This document shows positions 9,388-18,026 of a DNA stretch of 64,000 bases, one piece after another. The DNA comes from Bacilli bacterium (GTDB lineage Bacteria > Bacillota_I > Bacilli_A > RF39 > UBA660). The position numbers were made by a program, and so were the translations under genes. The stretch's first letter is position 1. Every line of letters starts with the position of its first letter. The stretch covers positions 5,767-69,766 of the forward strand of contig JAVWTD010000001.1 of NCBI GenBank assembly GCA_036667875.1. Direction: 5' to 3'. Below the pieces are notes generated by a model that was not told the origin of the DNA, searched no databases, and saw only the letters and a program-made list of their open reading frames with translations.

Positions 9388-10167
9388 TCATAATTTTCTT
9401 GTAATAGTATATCCGATTAGTAATAATGCTAAACCTAAAGATATATTTAAAAAATTATAAGGATGACTAAGTGTTTCTTTTAAAATAATAAGGCTAGTGG
9501 ATATTGATAAACCAAAAATTGTATAATATGATTCATATTTAAACTTGTTAAGTACATAATATATTAATTTTGCAAACATAATTACACCAATTATAATACC
9601 AAGGATAAAAAACAGAAATAAAGGAAATTCAAATGTTGAAACTATTTTTAATAATTTTTTATAAATACCTAATGATGAAAAGATTGCAAATCCACTTATT
9701 CCTGGTATTATTGTTGTTAAAGCTTCTATAATTCCTACAATAATAATTGAAAATAGATTTAACTCGATATTAAAATGAAATTTAATTGTACTTAGGAATA
9801 ATAATACTGTAATAGGAAATAATAAAAATAGTATATTTTTTAAGTTTTTCTCTTCTTTGGTAATTTTGTAGATACTAGGTAAACCTCCAAGAATTAAACC
9901 AATAAATAAAAACATTGTTTGAATATAATACTTATTTAATAAAGAGTACATGAACTTGCTTAAAAACATTATAGAAATAACTAGTCCAATTAAAAATTGA
10001 AATAAAAATTTTGCATCATTTTTTTTAATTTTAAGTGGGTTTCCAATAATAAATAGTAATCTATCATATATGTTTAATGAAATAGCTATTAAACTCCCGC
10101 TTACTCCTGGAATTATTTTTCCAGTTCCTACTAAAAGACCTTTAAGAATATTTTTCAAGACCATCAC
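9388..10167 (-). CDS. polytopic membrane protein, possibly DUF368 (PopT-like polyprenyl-phosphate transporter) family
   Basis: 259 aa with ~8 TM helices and two repeated G-x-SG motifs (IPGVSGSLIAISL, IPGISGFAIFSSL) reminiscent of the duplicated GxSRSG motif of DUF368. The assignment is tentative. Confidence 0.35.
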   Translation of the reverse strand: MMVLKNILKGLLVGTGKIIPGVSGSLIAISLNIYDRLLFIIGNPLKIKKNDAKFLFQFLIGLVISIMFLSKFMYSLLNKYYIQTMFLFIGLILGGLPSIYKITKEEKNLKNILFLLFPITVLLFLSTIKFHFNIELNLFSIIIVGIIEALTTIIPGISGFAIFSSLGIYKKLLKIVSTFEFPLFLFFILGIIIGVIMFAKLIYYVLNKFKYESYYTIFGLSISTSLIILKETLSHPYNFLNISLGLALLLIGYTITRKL

Positions 10168-10280
10168 CTATTAAAATATATGCTTATATTGCAAAGTTTT
10201 GTCAATCAAATTAAATATTTTATCATTCTAATTGTTTTTATGTTTTATTTATTATAAACTATGTATAGTAGAGGTGTTTT

Positions 10281-12086
10281 ATGGAACAAAAAGAAATAGT
10301 CGATAGTAACGATTCAACTACAAATCAAAATATAACTGAACCTAATCTAAGTAATGATAAAAAAAATGAGACAGATTTATCTGTTCAGCCACTTAATATT
10401 GATAATACTGTGGAAAACTTGTCATTAGACGAAAATAATCAAGAAAAAGATAATGAGTTGATTATGGATGCTGTGGAAAAAACTAATGTGGATGATAATG
10501 AAAATAGTTTTACTGTGGAAAACAATAATGTAGATGATGAAAAAAATACTTTTACTGTGGAAAACAATAATGTAGATAATGGAAAAAAGAAAAAAATGTT
10601 ATTTGTTCTTTTAATTATTGCTTTTCTTTTAATCTTTATTTTTGCGGGATATAAGGTTAATGAATTTGTTCAAAAGAAAAAAACGGAAAATAAAAAACCT
10701 CCAATTATAATTGATAAAGATGATGATAAAGACAAAGAAGATAATGATAAGTTTGTACCAGAAGTAGTTTCAAATATTGATGTCATTTCTGTTTCTAGTG
10801 CTATTAATGAAGGCGTTTTGGCTGATGATTATTATTTTTCAGACTCTGTTTTTATAGGGGATAATACTATTTCAAAATTTAATAGTTATCTTTCAACTAA
10901 ACCTAATGGATTTTTAGGGAAACCATTTATCTTATATGATTCAAAGTTAAGTACTAATACTTTAGTTTCAGAAGTTAATGAAAAGTCTAATCATCCAGTT
11001 TATAATGGCACTAAAATGCTTGTTGAAGATAGTGTCAAGTTAATGGGAGCGAAGAAAGTATTTATTAATTTAGGGCATAATGATATTTTAAGTTCTGGTA
11101 TTAATAATACATTATCAAATTATAAAACTCTAATTAGTAGGATAAAAACAAAGAATCCTAATACAAAAATTTTTATTATTAATGTTGGTTATATGTTTAA
11201 AGGAACAGAGACAAAAAAAATGAATAATACTTTAATAAGAGAATTAAATGAAAAACTAAAAAACAGTTCTGCTACATGGGGTGCAATTTATATAGATATG
11301 GCTCATACAATGATAGAAAGTAATGGTTATTTAAAAGAAGAATTTTATTCTGAAGAGTCTTTACTTATTAATAATCTTGGTTATAATGTATGGGTAAATG
11401 TTCTTAGAAGAATTGCTTCTACTCAGATTGAAGCTGAAATTTTAAGCACTGCTTCATCTTTATTAAAAGCTTGTGAAACTAGTCCTTCGTATGATGCATA
11501 TAACAAGGCAGTAAAGGCTGTTGATAGAGTTCCTGAAGGAATTGCTAAAGTAGACTTTAAAAACCGTTTAATCAAGGTCTTAGCGGTTATTGAAGCTAAT
11601 TATAGTAATAAACTTACTGAAATTAAAATAAACAATGTAGCAATCGCTCTTACTAGTGGTAACTATAATTATTCTTACAATGTTCCAAATGATGCTTCAA
11701 CTGTTAATATATCAGTTAAAAAAATAAGTAATAACGCAATTGTTGAAGGTGAGGGGAATGTTAATTTAAATTTAGGAGAAAATATTTTAAAAATCATCGT
11801 AAAAAATAATGGTGAGATTATTACATATACTTTGAAAATATATAGAGCCTATGATGATAGTATTTTAAAAGTTACTATTGATAATAAGGATATAGGTTTA
11901 GATACTTTATCTTTAACTGTTCCAGCACAAGTTTCTAGTGTAATTTTAAAAGTAACTCCAACTTATTCTGGGGCAACAGTAACAGGGGAAGGTACTTTGA
12001 GTTTGGTAACCGGTACTAATACCTTCAAATTCAAAGTTTATGAAAAGATTTATACTTTAACAATTATTAGAGAGGTTAGTTCTTAA
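10281..12086 (+). CDS. membrane-anchored SGNH-like protein with an Asn/Asp-rich N-terminal region and C-terminal beta-rich repeats; catalytic Ser apparently replaced (GDN)
   Basis: AGAGGTG RBS. Has N-terminal TVENNNVD repeats, a single TM (LFVLLIIAFLLIFIFAGY), FIGDNTIS (block I with N in place of S), NLGHNDI (block III) and DMAHT (block V). The C-terminal 200 aa show repeated Ig-like segments. Confidence 0.5.
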   Translation: MEQKEIVDSNDSTTNQNITEPNLSNDKKNETDLSVQPLNIDNTVENLSLDENNQEKDNELIMDAVEKTNVDDNENSFTVENNNVDDEKNTFTVENNNVDNGKKKKMLFVLLIIAFLLIFIFAGYKVNEFVQKKKTENKKPPIIIDKDDDKDKEDNDKFVPEVVSNIDVISVSSAINEGVLADDYYFSDSVFIGDNTISKFNSYLSTKPNGFLGKPFILYDSKLSTNTLVSEVNEKSNHPVYNGTKMLVEDSVKLMGAKKVFINLGHNDILSSGINNTLSNYKTLISRIKTKNPNTKIFIINVGYMFKGTETKKMNNTLIRELNEKLKNSSATWGAIYIDMAHTMIESNGYLKEEFYSEESLLINNLGYNVWVNVLRRIASTQIEAEILSTASSLLKACETSPSYDAYNKAVKAVDRVPEGIAKVDFKNRLIKVLAVIEANYSNKLTEIKINNVAIALTSGNYNYSYNVPNDASTVNISVKKISNNAIVEGEGNVNLNLGENILKIIVKNNGEIITYTLKIYRAYDDSILKVTIDNKDIGLDTLSLTVPAQVSSVILKVTPTYSGATVTGEGTLSLVTGTNTFKFKVYEKIYTLTIIREVSS

Positions 12087-12087
12087 A

Positions 12088-12120
12088 AAAAGATATAAAT
12101 TAAATTTATATCTTTTTTTT
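12088..12120. terminator. bidirectional rho-independent terminator between convergent genes
   Basis: AAGATATAAATT/AAATTTATATCTT perfect hairpin, flanked by an A-run upstream and a T-run downstream. Confidence 0.5.
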
Positions 12121-12441
12121 ATCTATGTCATGTACTATATTATAAATGCAAGAATAACTATGTTTTCCATAAAACTTATAAAACTTTCTTATTGATGCTG
12201 ATGATCTGGTATATAACTGTCTAATCTTTTTAATTTCTTCTTCACTTAAAGCGTTGTGAGGTGATTTATTTTTATTTCCATGGTCTAACGAAATTGTTCC
12301 ATTCAAAATTTCATTTTTAAGTTTAAAAAGATATTTAGGATGATATCCAGTTATAACAGAAATTTCTTCATAAGATAAATATGTATCATTAGCAATTTTT
12401 TTATTTATAAGTTTAATAGCTTCTTTTTTATCTTTTTTCAT
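12106..12441 (-). CDS. HTH-domain protein resembling the N-terminal DNA-binding part of a DDE transposase (no catalytic domain; possible IS remnant)
   Basis: GGTGA RBS upstream of ATG at 12441. MKKDKKEAIKLINKK...ISVITGYHPKYLFKLKNEILNGTISLDHGNKNKSPHNALSEEEIKKIRQLY follows a transposase N-terminal HTH/HGNxGxxPxNALSEE pattern. The ORF-track N-terminal extension to 12600 is probably spurious. Confidence 0.35.
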   Translation of the reverse strand: MKKDKKEAIKLINKKIANDTYLSYEEISVITGYHPKYLFKLKNEILNGTISLDHGNKNKSPHNALSEEEIKKIRQLYTRSSASIRKFYKFYGKHSYSCIYNIVHDIDKKKI

Positions 12442-12542
12442 TGTAGTATCACCTATTATAATTGTAACACTAGCTATGTATAATTGCAACAGAAAAGTAA
12501 TAAAATCGAATAAAGATAAATTTAAGGTAATAAATAAAATAG

Positions 12543-12679
12543 TTTTCCACAATATATGTGGAAAACTATTAATTCGTTTGTAGTATAAAGACTTTTCCAC
12601 AGTATTAAAGCATAAATTTTAGTGAAAACAACACTAATATAAGAATAATTAATAGTATAATAATTTTTACTGTGGAAAA
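12543..12679. promoter_or_regulatory. cluster of four DnaA-box-like 9-mers (TTTTCCACA/TGTGGAAAA), including a perfect inverted pair, ~50 kb from oriC
   Basis: TTTTCCACA at 12543-12551 and TGTGGAAAA at 12557-12565 form the palindrome TTTTCCACAATATATGTGGAAAA. Further boxes: TTTTCCACA at 12593-12601 and TGTGGAAAA at 12671-12679. Confidence 0.45.
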
Positions 12680-14632
12680 CTTTCTTGTTTCTTGTTTATT
12701 TGTATTTTCAGATAATTTATTTTCTATTGTTTTTCCTTTGTTTATATTTTCTTTTTCTCCATTATAACCAATAACAAAATATTCTTCATTGTTATTTATG
12801 GATTTATAAATTAAATTCATTATATTTTCAGAAAGAATTTTAATAAATTCTACTTTATATTCATTTTCATCATTGATTTTATCGCTTGGCTTTAAAATAA
12901 TTTCTTTATCTTTTAAACTATATACGTTAATTATGTTTTCTAAAATATTTTTTCTAATTTCATTTTCACATTGGTAAAGATAAAGAGCATTTTTTATGTT
13001 ATATTTCTTTGCTTTTTTGAAACTTTTCGTTATATATTCTAAAGTCTTAAATGGTAATATTTTATCTATTTCATATAAAACATATTTTGAATTGAATTCT
13101 GAAATGTTTTTGTAAGGATTTAGTTCTTTTGAATAAATAATTTTACTTATTACTTTATCGATTAGATGTTCTAAAGTATCAAATTCATAAATTCCTTTAA
13201 AATCAGTTAAAGCATTTTCAAAATAATAAAATTTATCATTTTTAAGATAAACTAAAAAGAAATGTGGATCAGTAATTACTGTTTTATTATCACTATTAAT
13301 TTCAGTGCATATCACAAATCTTTTTACCTTTATATTATTTGCTTCTAAAAAGCAAGCTTCAAATTCAATTTGTTCATTACTACTTGCTACTTCTGAATTA
13401 AAAATATCAAGTGGATAGTTTTGAGAATATATTTTATTTAGTATAAAGTTTGTTGTTGATATGCTTTTTAAAAGTTGTGTGACTTCAATTTGAGTAGGAT
13501 TTATTTCATTTTTATGTTTAGAATAATATTTATTTAAAAAAGCTATGATTTCTGGATTATCGTATGTTATTTTTTTATTATTTCTTCCCTCAATTGATTC
13601 TAAAGCACCAAAAGGTATTTTATATGTTTCCGAGTCTATTTCAACAGTTGTTCCATATTCAATATTATTTGACATATATTTTAATAATGATTCTTCATCT
13701 ACAATTGAGTAACTTCTAAATATTTCTAAAATCTTTTTATTATTATATTTTTTGATAAGGTTAAAATTGTTTTCTATTTTAGTTTTATATATTTTTGCTT
13801 CTTTTTGTTCTAACTCTAAATCAAAAATTTCTTCGATTTTTTTTAATTTCTTATCATCAAAATTTCTATTTATAAATTTTCCTATTTCTTCGTAATAATT
13901 TTTAAATAGACAATCAAGTAATGAATATTTGTCACAGATACAATTATTTAAATAGATATCATTTTCATTTAAGCCTTTAATTTTTTCTGTGTTTAAAAAA
14001 TTTGTAATAGGAAATAATTTAAAATTATTTCCATCACTTATTCCATAGGTATTTAAGCCTATATTATTGTTATCAATTAAAATATTAAATAATATCATTT
14101 TTATATATTCACTTTTAATTATTTTTGAATTTTCAATTGAGAGGGGAATTTCTATTACTTCAATAATATCTTTTGTATTTTTTTCTTTATCCATTTGAAT
14201 AATTTTGTCTATTGTTTTACATTCTTTTTCATTTGATGTTAATAGTATATAATTTTTATTTTCATATTTTATTCTTTTTATATCTACAACATTTAATTCT
14301 AATAGTTTACCAATCTTCATTAAAGCAATCTCTAAATCATTTAAAGTTAGTGATTTATGTGTTTTTAAATATCCCACATTATTATCTACTTCTACTTTTA
14401 TATTTTTTTTGCTTTTTTCTATAATTTTTATTTCTATATTTTTATTTTGATTATATTCATTTTTTTTGTTTTCAATATAAATATGGTTTTTAATGCTTTC
14501 TTCGATTAAATCTTCAATTTCATTTTTTGTATATTCTTTCGATTTAATTTCATTTCTTATTTTATTTTTTTCATCTATTTTTAGTATTGATTTTTCTTTT
14601 AATTTTGTTTCTAAAAATTCTTGATTATTCAT
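12605..14632 (-). CDS. large hypothetical protein (675 aa) with a C-terminal transmembrane anchor
   Basis: Lys/Asn/Glu-rich. The C-terminal KFSTVKIIILLIILILVLFSL is a TM helix. No confident family assignment. Its last codons carry one of the DnaA-box-like motifs. Confidence 0.5.
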   Translation of the reverse strand: MNNQEFLETKLKEKSILKIDEKNKIRNEIKSKEYTKNEIEDLIEESIKNHIYIENKKNEYNQNKNIEIKIIEKSKKNIKVEVDNNVGYLKTHKSLTLNDLEIALMKIGKLLELNVVDIKRIKYENKNYILLTSNEKECKTIDKIIQMDKEKNTKDIIEVIEIPLSIENSKIIKSEYIKMILFNILIDNNNIGLNTYGISDGNNFKLFPITNFLNTEKIKGLNENDIYLNNCICDKYSLLDCLFKNYYEEIGKFINRNFDDKKLKKIEEIFDLELEQKEAKIYKTKIENNFNLIKKYNNKKILEIFRSYSIVDEESLLKYMSNNIEYGTTVEIDSETYKIPFGALESIEGRNNKKITYDNPEIIAFLNKYYSKHKNEINPTQIEVTQLLKSISTTNFILNKIYSQNYPLDIFNSEVASSNEQIEFEACFLEANNIKVKRFVICTEINSDNKTVITDPHFFLVYLKNDKFYYFENALTDFKGIYEFDTLEHLIDKVISKIIYSKELNPYKNISEFNSKYVLYEIDKILPFKTLEYITKSFKKAKKYNIKNALYLYQCENEIRKNILENIINVYSLKDKEIILKPSDKINDENEYKVEFIKILSENIMNLIYKSINNNEEYFVIGYNGEKENINKGKTIENKLSENTNKQETRKFSTVKIIILLIILILVLFSLKFML

Positions 14633-14720
14633 GTTCTACATCACACCTATCTTTTTCATTATAACATTTTAATTTGCAAAAAAAAACAGTATTTAAGATA
14701 AATTAAAAAACTTATTAAGT

Positions 14721-15824
14721 TTATTTTAATAAGTTTTTAATCTTTTCCCAAGGAAGATCTAAGTCATCTCTTCCAAAATGTCCATAAGCCGCTAGTTCAT
14801 AATATTTAATATTTAATAAATTCAATTCGTCAATCATGTTTGAAACAGTAAAATCAAAATTTTTAGAAACAAAGTTTTCAATTACATTTTTTGTTACTTT
14901 TTCAGTATTAAATGTTTCTATCATTATTGATATTGGCTTTTCTTTACCTATTGCATAAGATACTTGAATCTCACATTTTTCTGCTAAATCATGGGCTATA
15001 ATATTTTTTGCGACATATCTACAATAATAAGCTGCGGAACGATCAACTTTTGATGGGTCTTTACTGCTTAAACATCCTCCTCCAACTCTTGAATAACCAC
15101 CGTAAGTATCTACTATAATTTTTCTTCCTGTTGTTCCTGAATCACCGAATGAACCTCCGATAACAAATGATCCACTTGTATTTATAAGGAATTTTGTTTT
15201 TTTATCAATTAATTCTTTTGGTATAACTGGCTCAATTATATTTTTAATTATATATTCCTTTAAATATTCTTGTGTAACTTCTTTGTCATGTTGACTTGAT
15301 ATAATAACTGTATCGATTCTTGTTGGTATTCCATTATTATATTCAATAGTTACTTGAGTTTTTCCATCAGGTTTTAAAGGTGATTTATTGTCACTTTTTC
15401 TAACAATTGTCATTTGTTTTGCAAGCTTATTAGCTAGACATATAGGTAATGGCATCAATTCTTTTGTTTCATTACATGCGTAACCAAACATAATTCCTTG
15501 GTCTCCAGCATGTATTTTATTTTTTTCTACTGCTTTGTTGATTTCTTCTGATTGAATTCCAACTTTTACAAGTACTTCATATTTTTCGTTATATCCAATT
15601 TCTTTTATAACGTTTTTAGCAATTTCTTCATAATTTAAATTAGCTTTTGTTTTTGCTTCTCCATATATTAATATAAAATTATCTTTTATGGTAGCTTCTA
15701 CAGCCATTTTGCTGGTTTTGTCAATCATAAGAGCAGTATCTAAAATTTTGTCTGCGATTTTATCACAAATTTTATCTGGATGTCCTTCCGTTACAGATTC
15801 ACTAGTAAAATAATATTTTTCCAT
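14721..15824 (-). CDS. metK: S-adenosylmethionine synthetase
   Basis: FTSESVTEGHPDKICDKIAD, GDQGIMFGYA and GGGAFSGKDP-like motifs. Confidence 0.9.
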   Translation of the reverse strand: MEKYYFTSESVTEGHPDKICDKIADKILDTALMIDKTSKMAVEATIKDNFILIYGEAKTKANLNYEEIAKNVIKEIGYNEKYEVLVKVGIQSEEINKAVEKNKIHAGDQGIMFGYACNETKELMPLPICLANKLAKQMTIVRKSDNKSPLKPDGKTQVTIEYNNGIPTRIDTVIISSQHDKEVTQEYLKEYIIKNIIEPVIPKELIDKKTKFLINTSGSFVIGGSFGDSGTTGRKIIVDTYGGYSRVGGGCLSSKDPSKVDRSAAYYCRYVAKNIIAHDLAEKCEIQVSYAIGKEKPISIMIETFNTEKVTKNVIENFVSKNFDFTVSNMIDELNLLNIKYYELAAYGHFGRDDLDLPWEKIKNLLK

Positions 15825-15844
15825 ATTTCCTCCTCTATAACTCT

Positions 15845-15990
15845 ATCAAAAAAAACTCTTAAGAAAGAGTTTTACGTACCTTTATAAATACTTCTTTCTT
15901 ATCGTTATTAGCTGTACCACCTTGCTTATTGCAGGTTGGTGTGAGATCTTAGAGCTAATTCTCTCCCTCACTCTTGATAAAAGTTATATC
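15845..15990 (-). promoter_or_regulatory. SAM-I (S-box) riboswitch with intrinsic terminator in the metK leader
   Basis: Reverse strand reads CUUUUAUCAAGAGUGAGGGAGAG..GCUCU..CACACCAACCUGCAAUAAGCAAGGUGGUACAGCUAAUAACGAUAAGAAAG, matching the S-box consensus UUAUCAAGAG.GG.GGAGGGA...CAACC...GGUGCUAA...GAUAAG. It is followed by AAAACUCUUUCUUAAGAGUUUUUUUU. Confidence 0.8.
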
Positions 15991-16025
15991 TAAATTATAT
16001 CATTTTAATTTTTTTTGTCAAGATA

Positions 16026-17189
16026 TTATAAATCTTTTCCAGCACTATATCCTGTTGATAATGCTAGTGTTAAATTATACCCACCAATAGGTCCATGTAT
16101 ATCTAAAGCTTCTCCTATAAAGTAAAAAGTTGGATTTATAGTTGATTCAAATGTTTTGCTATTTATGAATTTCATGTCTATTCCTCCACCTGTAACGTAT
16201 GCATTTTTTAATGATTCTACAGATTTAATAGAGTATTTCATATGCTTTAAAATATTTATAATATAAATAGTATTTTTTTTGCCTAATTGTTTTATTTTGG
16301 TTTCTCTTTTAATATTTGCTTTTTCTAAAATAAAATCACTATATTTTTTTGAAAAAATAGTTGATAAAAAAGTATGGATTTCTTTTTCTTGATCAAAGTT
16401 TTTAATTTTAAATGCTAGTATTTCTTCACTTTGATATGGAATATTATCTATTTCAATTTCTTTATATTTTTCTTTAAAGATATGTTCACTCATTAGCATT
16501 ACACTTGTCCCACTTAATCCTTTATGAGTATAAATTAAATTTCCTTCTTTAATTATTTTTCCACATTTAACCAAAACATTATCAATTGATGTTCCAGGAA
16601 TATTAGGAGGATCTATCAGATTTATTGATACTTCAGCAGGATAGACATTTGTAATTGGTTGCTTTATCATTTTTGCAAATTTTAGATTATCTCCTGTTGA
16701 ACCAGTTTGAGGAAAGCTTAGTCCTCCTGTTGCTATAATGATTTTTTTTGTTTCATATATATTTTTATTAGTTATTACTTTTCCTTTTTCTAAGCCTATT
16801 ACTTCTTCATTAAAGTGAATATCACCTTTATAACTATTTAAAAGTGCTTCTAGTATAACAAAAGATTTATTTGCAACAGGAAATATTTTTCCATCTTCTT
16901 CTTGTTTAAGTTTTACATTCTTTTGCTCAAAAAAGAGCATTATTTCTTTTGGTCCAAAAGTATTAATAGTGCTATACAAATATTTTTTATTGTGATTTAC
17001 ATTTTCCAAGAAAGTATTTAAGTCTTTTTTATTAGTTAAGTTACATCTTCCTCCACCTGTTAAAAGTAATTTCTTTCCAGCGTTACTATTTTTTTCGATA
17101 ATCAGTACTTTTTTATGACATTGAATGCCAGCCATTAAGCCTGATGGACCTGCGCCTATAATTATTGCATCATACATATTTTCACCCAA
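16026..17189 (-). CDS. HI0933/BaiN-family flavoprotein (NAD(P)/FAD-dependent oxidoreductase)
   Basis: YDAIIIGAGPSGLMAG (FAD fold) and GGGRCNLTN signature. Confidence 0.8.
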   Translation of the reverse strand: MGENMYDAIIIGAGPSGLMAGIQCHKKVLIIEKNSNAGKKLLLTGGGRCNLTNKKDLNTFLENVNHNKKYLYSTINTFGPKEIMLFFEQKNVKLKQEEDGKIFPVANKSFVILEALLNSYKGDIHFNEEVIGLEKGKVITNKNIYETKKIIIATGGLSFPQTGSTGDNLKFAKMIKQPITNVYPAEVSINLIDPPNIPGTSIDNVLVKCGKIIKEGNLIYTHKGLSGTSVMLMSEHIFKEKYKEIEIDNIPYQSEEILAFKIKNFDQEKEIHTFLSTIFSKKYSDFILEKANIKRETKIKQLGKKNTIYIINILKHMKYSIKSVESLKNAYVTGGGIDMKFINSKTFESTINPTFYFIGEALDIHGPIGGYNLTLALSTGYSAGKDL

Positions 17190-17402
17190 ACTTATTATAT
17201 CATGAAATTCTTTTTTGTTGCTAAATAGTACATATTTTAAATAAAAAGTCCTTGACTTATAATCTATATTAGATTATGATATAGTAGTTAAGAAACAATA
17301 TAGAAGTGTTTATATATTATTTATTATAAATATTAAACATTCTACGAAAAAAATTTACTAAGCATAAGATTAAATAAGAAAATAATTCAAGGAGGAAGAG
17401 TA

Positions 17403-17930
17403 ATGAATTGTATAAGAAAGATAACAGATGAAGATTTAGGGTTAGAATCGGTTAAATTTAATAATCCTCGCATAAGATTAGGTGCTAGAGGTATTGTTAT
17501 TAGGGATAATGGAGATATTGCTGTATTTAATAAAACGGTAAAAAATGAATACAAATTGCCAGGTGGTGGAATTGATGAAGATGAAGAACCTCGTGAGGCA
17601 TTTAAAAGAGAAGTTTTAGAAGAAACAGGTTGTACTATTGAAATTATTAATGAATTAGGTTTTATTGAAGAACTTAAATCATTAGATAATTTTATGCAAA
17701 AATCATTTGTATTTGTAGGTCGTGTTATTGAAGATACTCATAACTTTGAACTAACAGAAAAAGAAAAAGCAGAGGGTGCTAGACTATTATGGTGTAAGCC
17801 AGATGAAGCATTAAAATTAATTGAAAATTGTTCTAAAGATTTGAAGGCTTCTGCTTATGAAAATTTATATCATAGTAAATTTATTTGTCTAAGAGATCAA
17901 GAAATCATGAAAACTTATTTATCTATATAA
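17403..17930 (+). CDS. NUDIX hydrolase
   Basis: Nudix box GGGIDEDEEPREAFKREVLEETG. Confidence 0.8.
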   Translation: MNCIRKITDEDLGLESVKFNNPRIRLGARGIVIRDNGDIAVFNKTVKNEYKLPGGGIDEDEEPREAFKREVLEETGCTIEIINELGFIEELKSLDNFMQKSFVFVGRVIEDTHNFELTEKEKAEGARLLWCKPDEALKLIENCSKDLKASAYENLYHSKFICLRDQEIMKTYLSI

Positions 17931-17936
17931 TATGAA

Positions 17937-17970
17937 AATAGCTATTCAGTAATGAATAGTTATTTTTTGA
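17937..17970 (+). terminator. rho-independent terminator after the NUDIX gene
   Basis: AATAGCTATTCA-GTAA-TGAATAGTTATT hairpin (one mismatch) followed by TTTTT. Confidence 0.4.
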
Positions 17971-18026
17971 ATTAGTAATTTATTATATATATTAGACTAT
18001 AAAAAAAAGGATTTTTAATTCTTTTT

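Noticed and set aside
12442-12600. N-terminal 53-codon extension of the HTH ORF given by the ORF track (start 12600)
   Set aside because: A good GGTGA RBS precedes the internal ATG at 12441. The extension is hydrophobic and is built from the DnaA-box cluster sequence, so it is likely non-coding.
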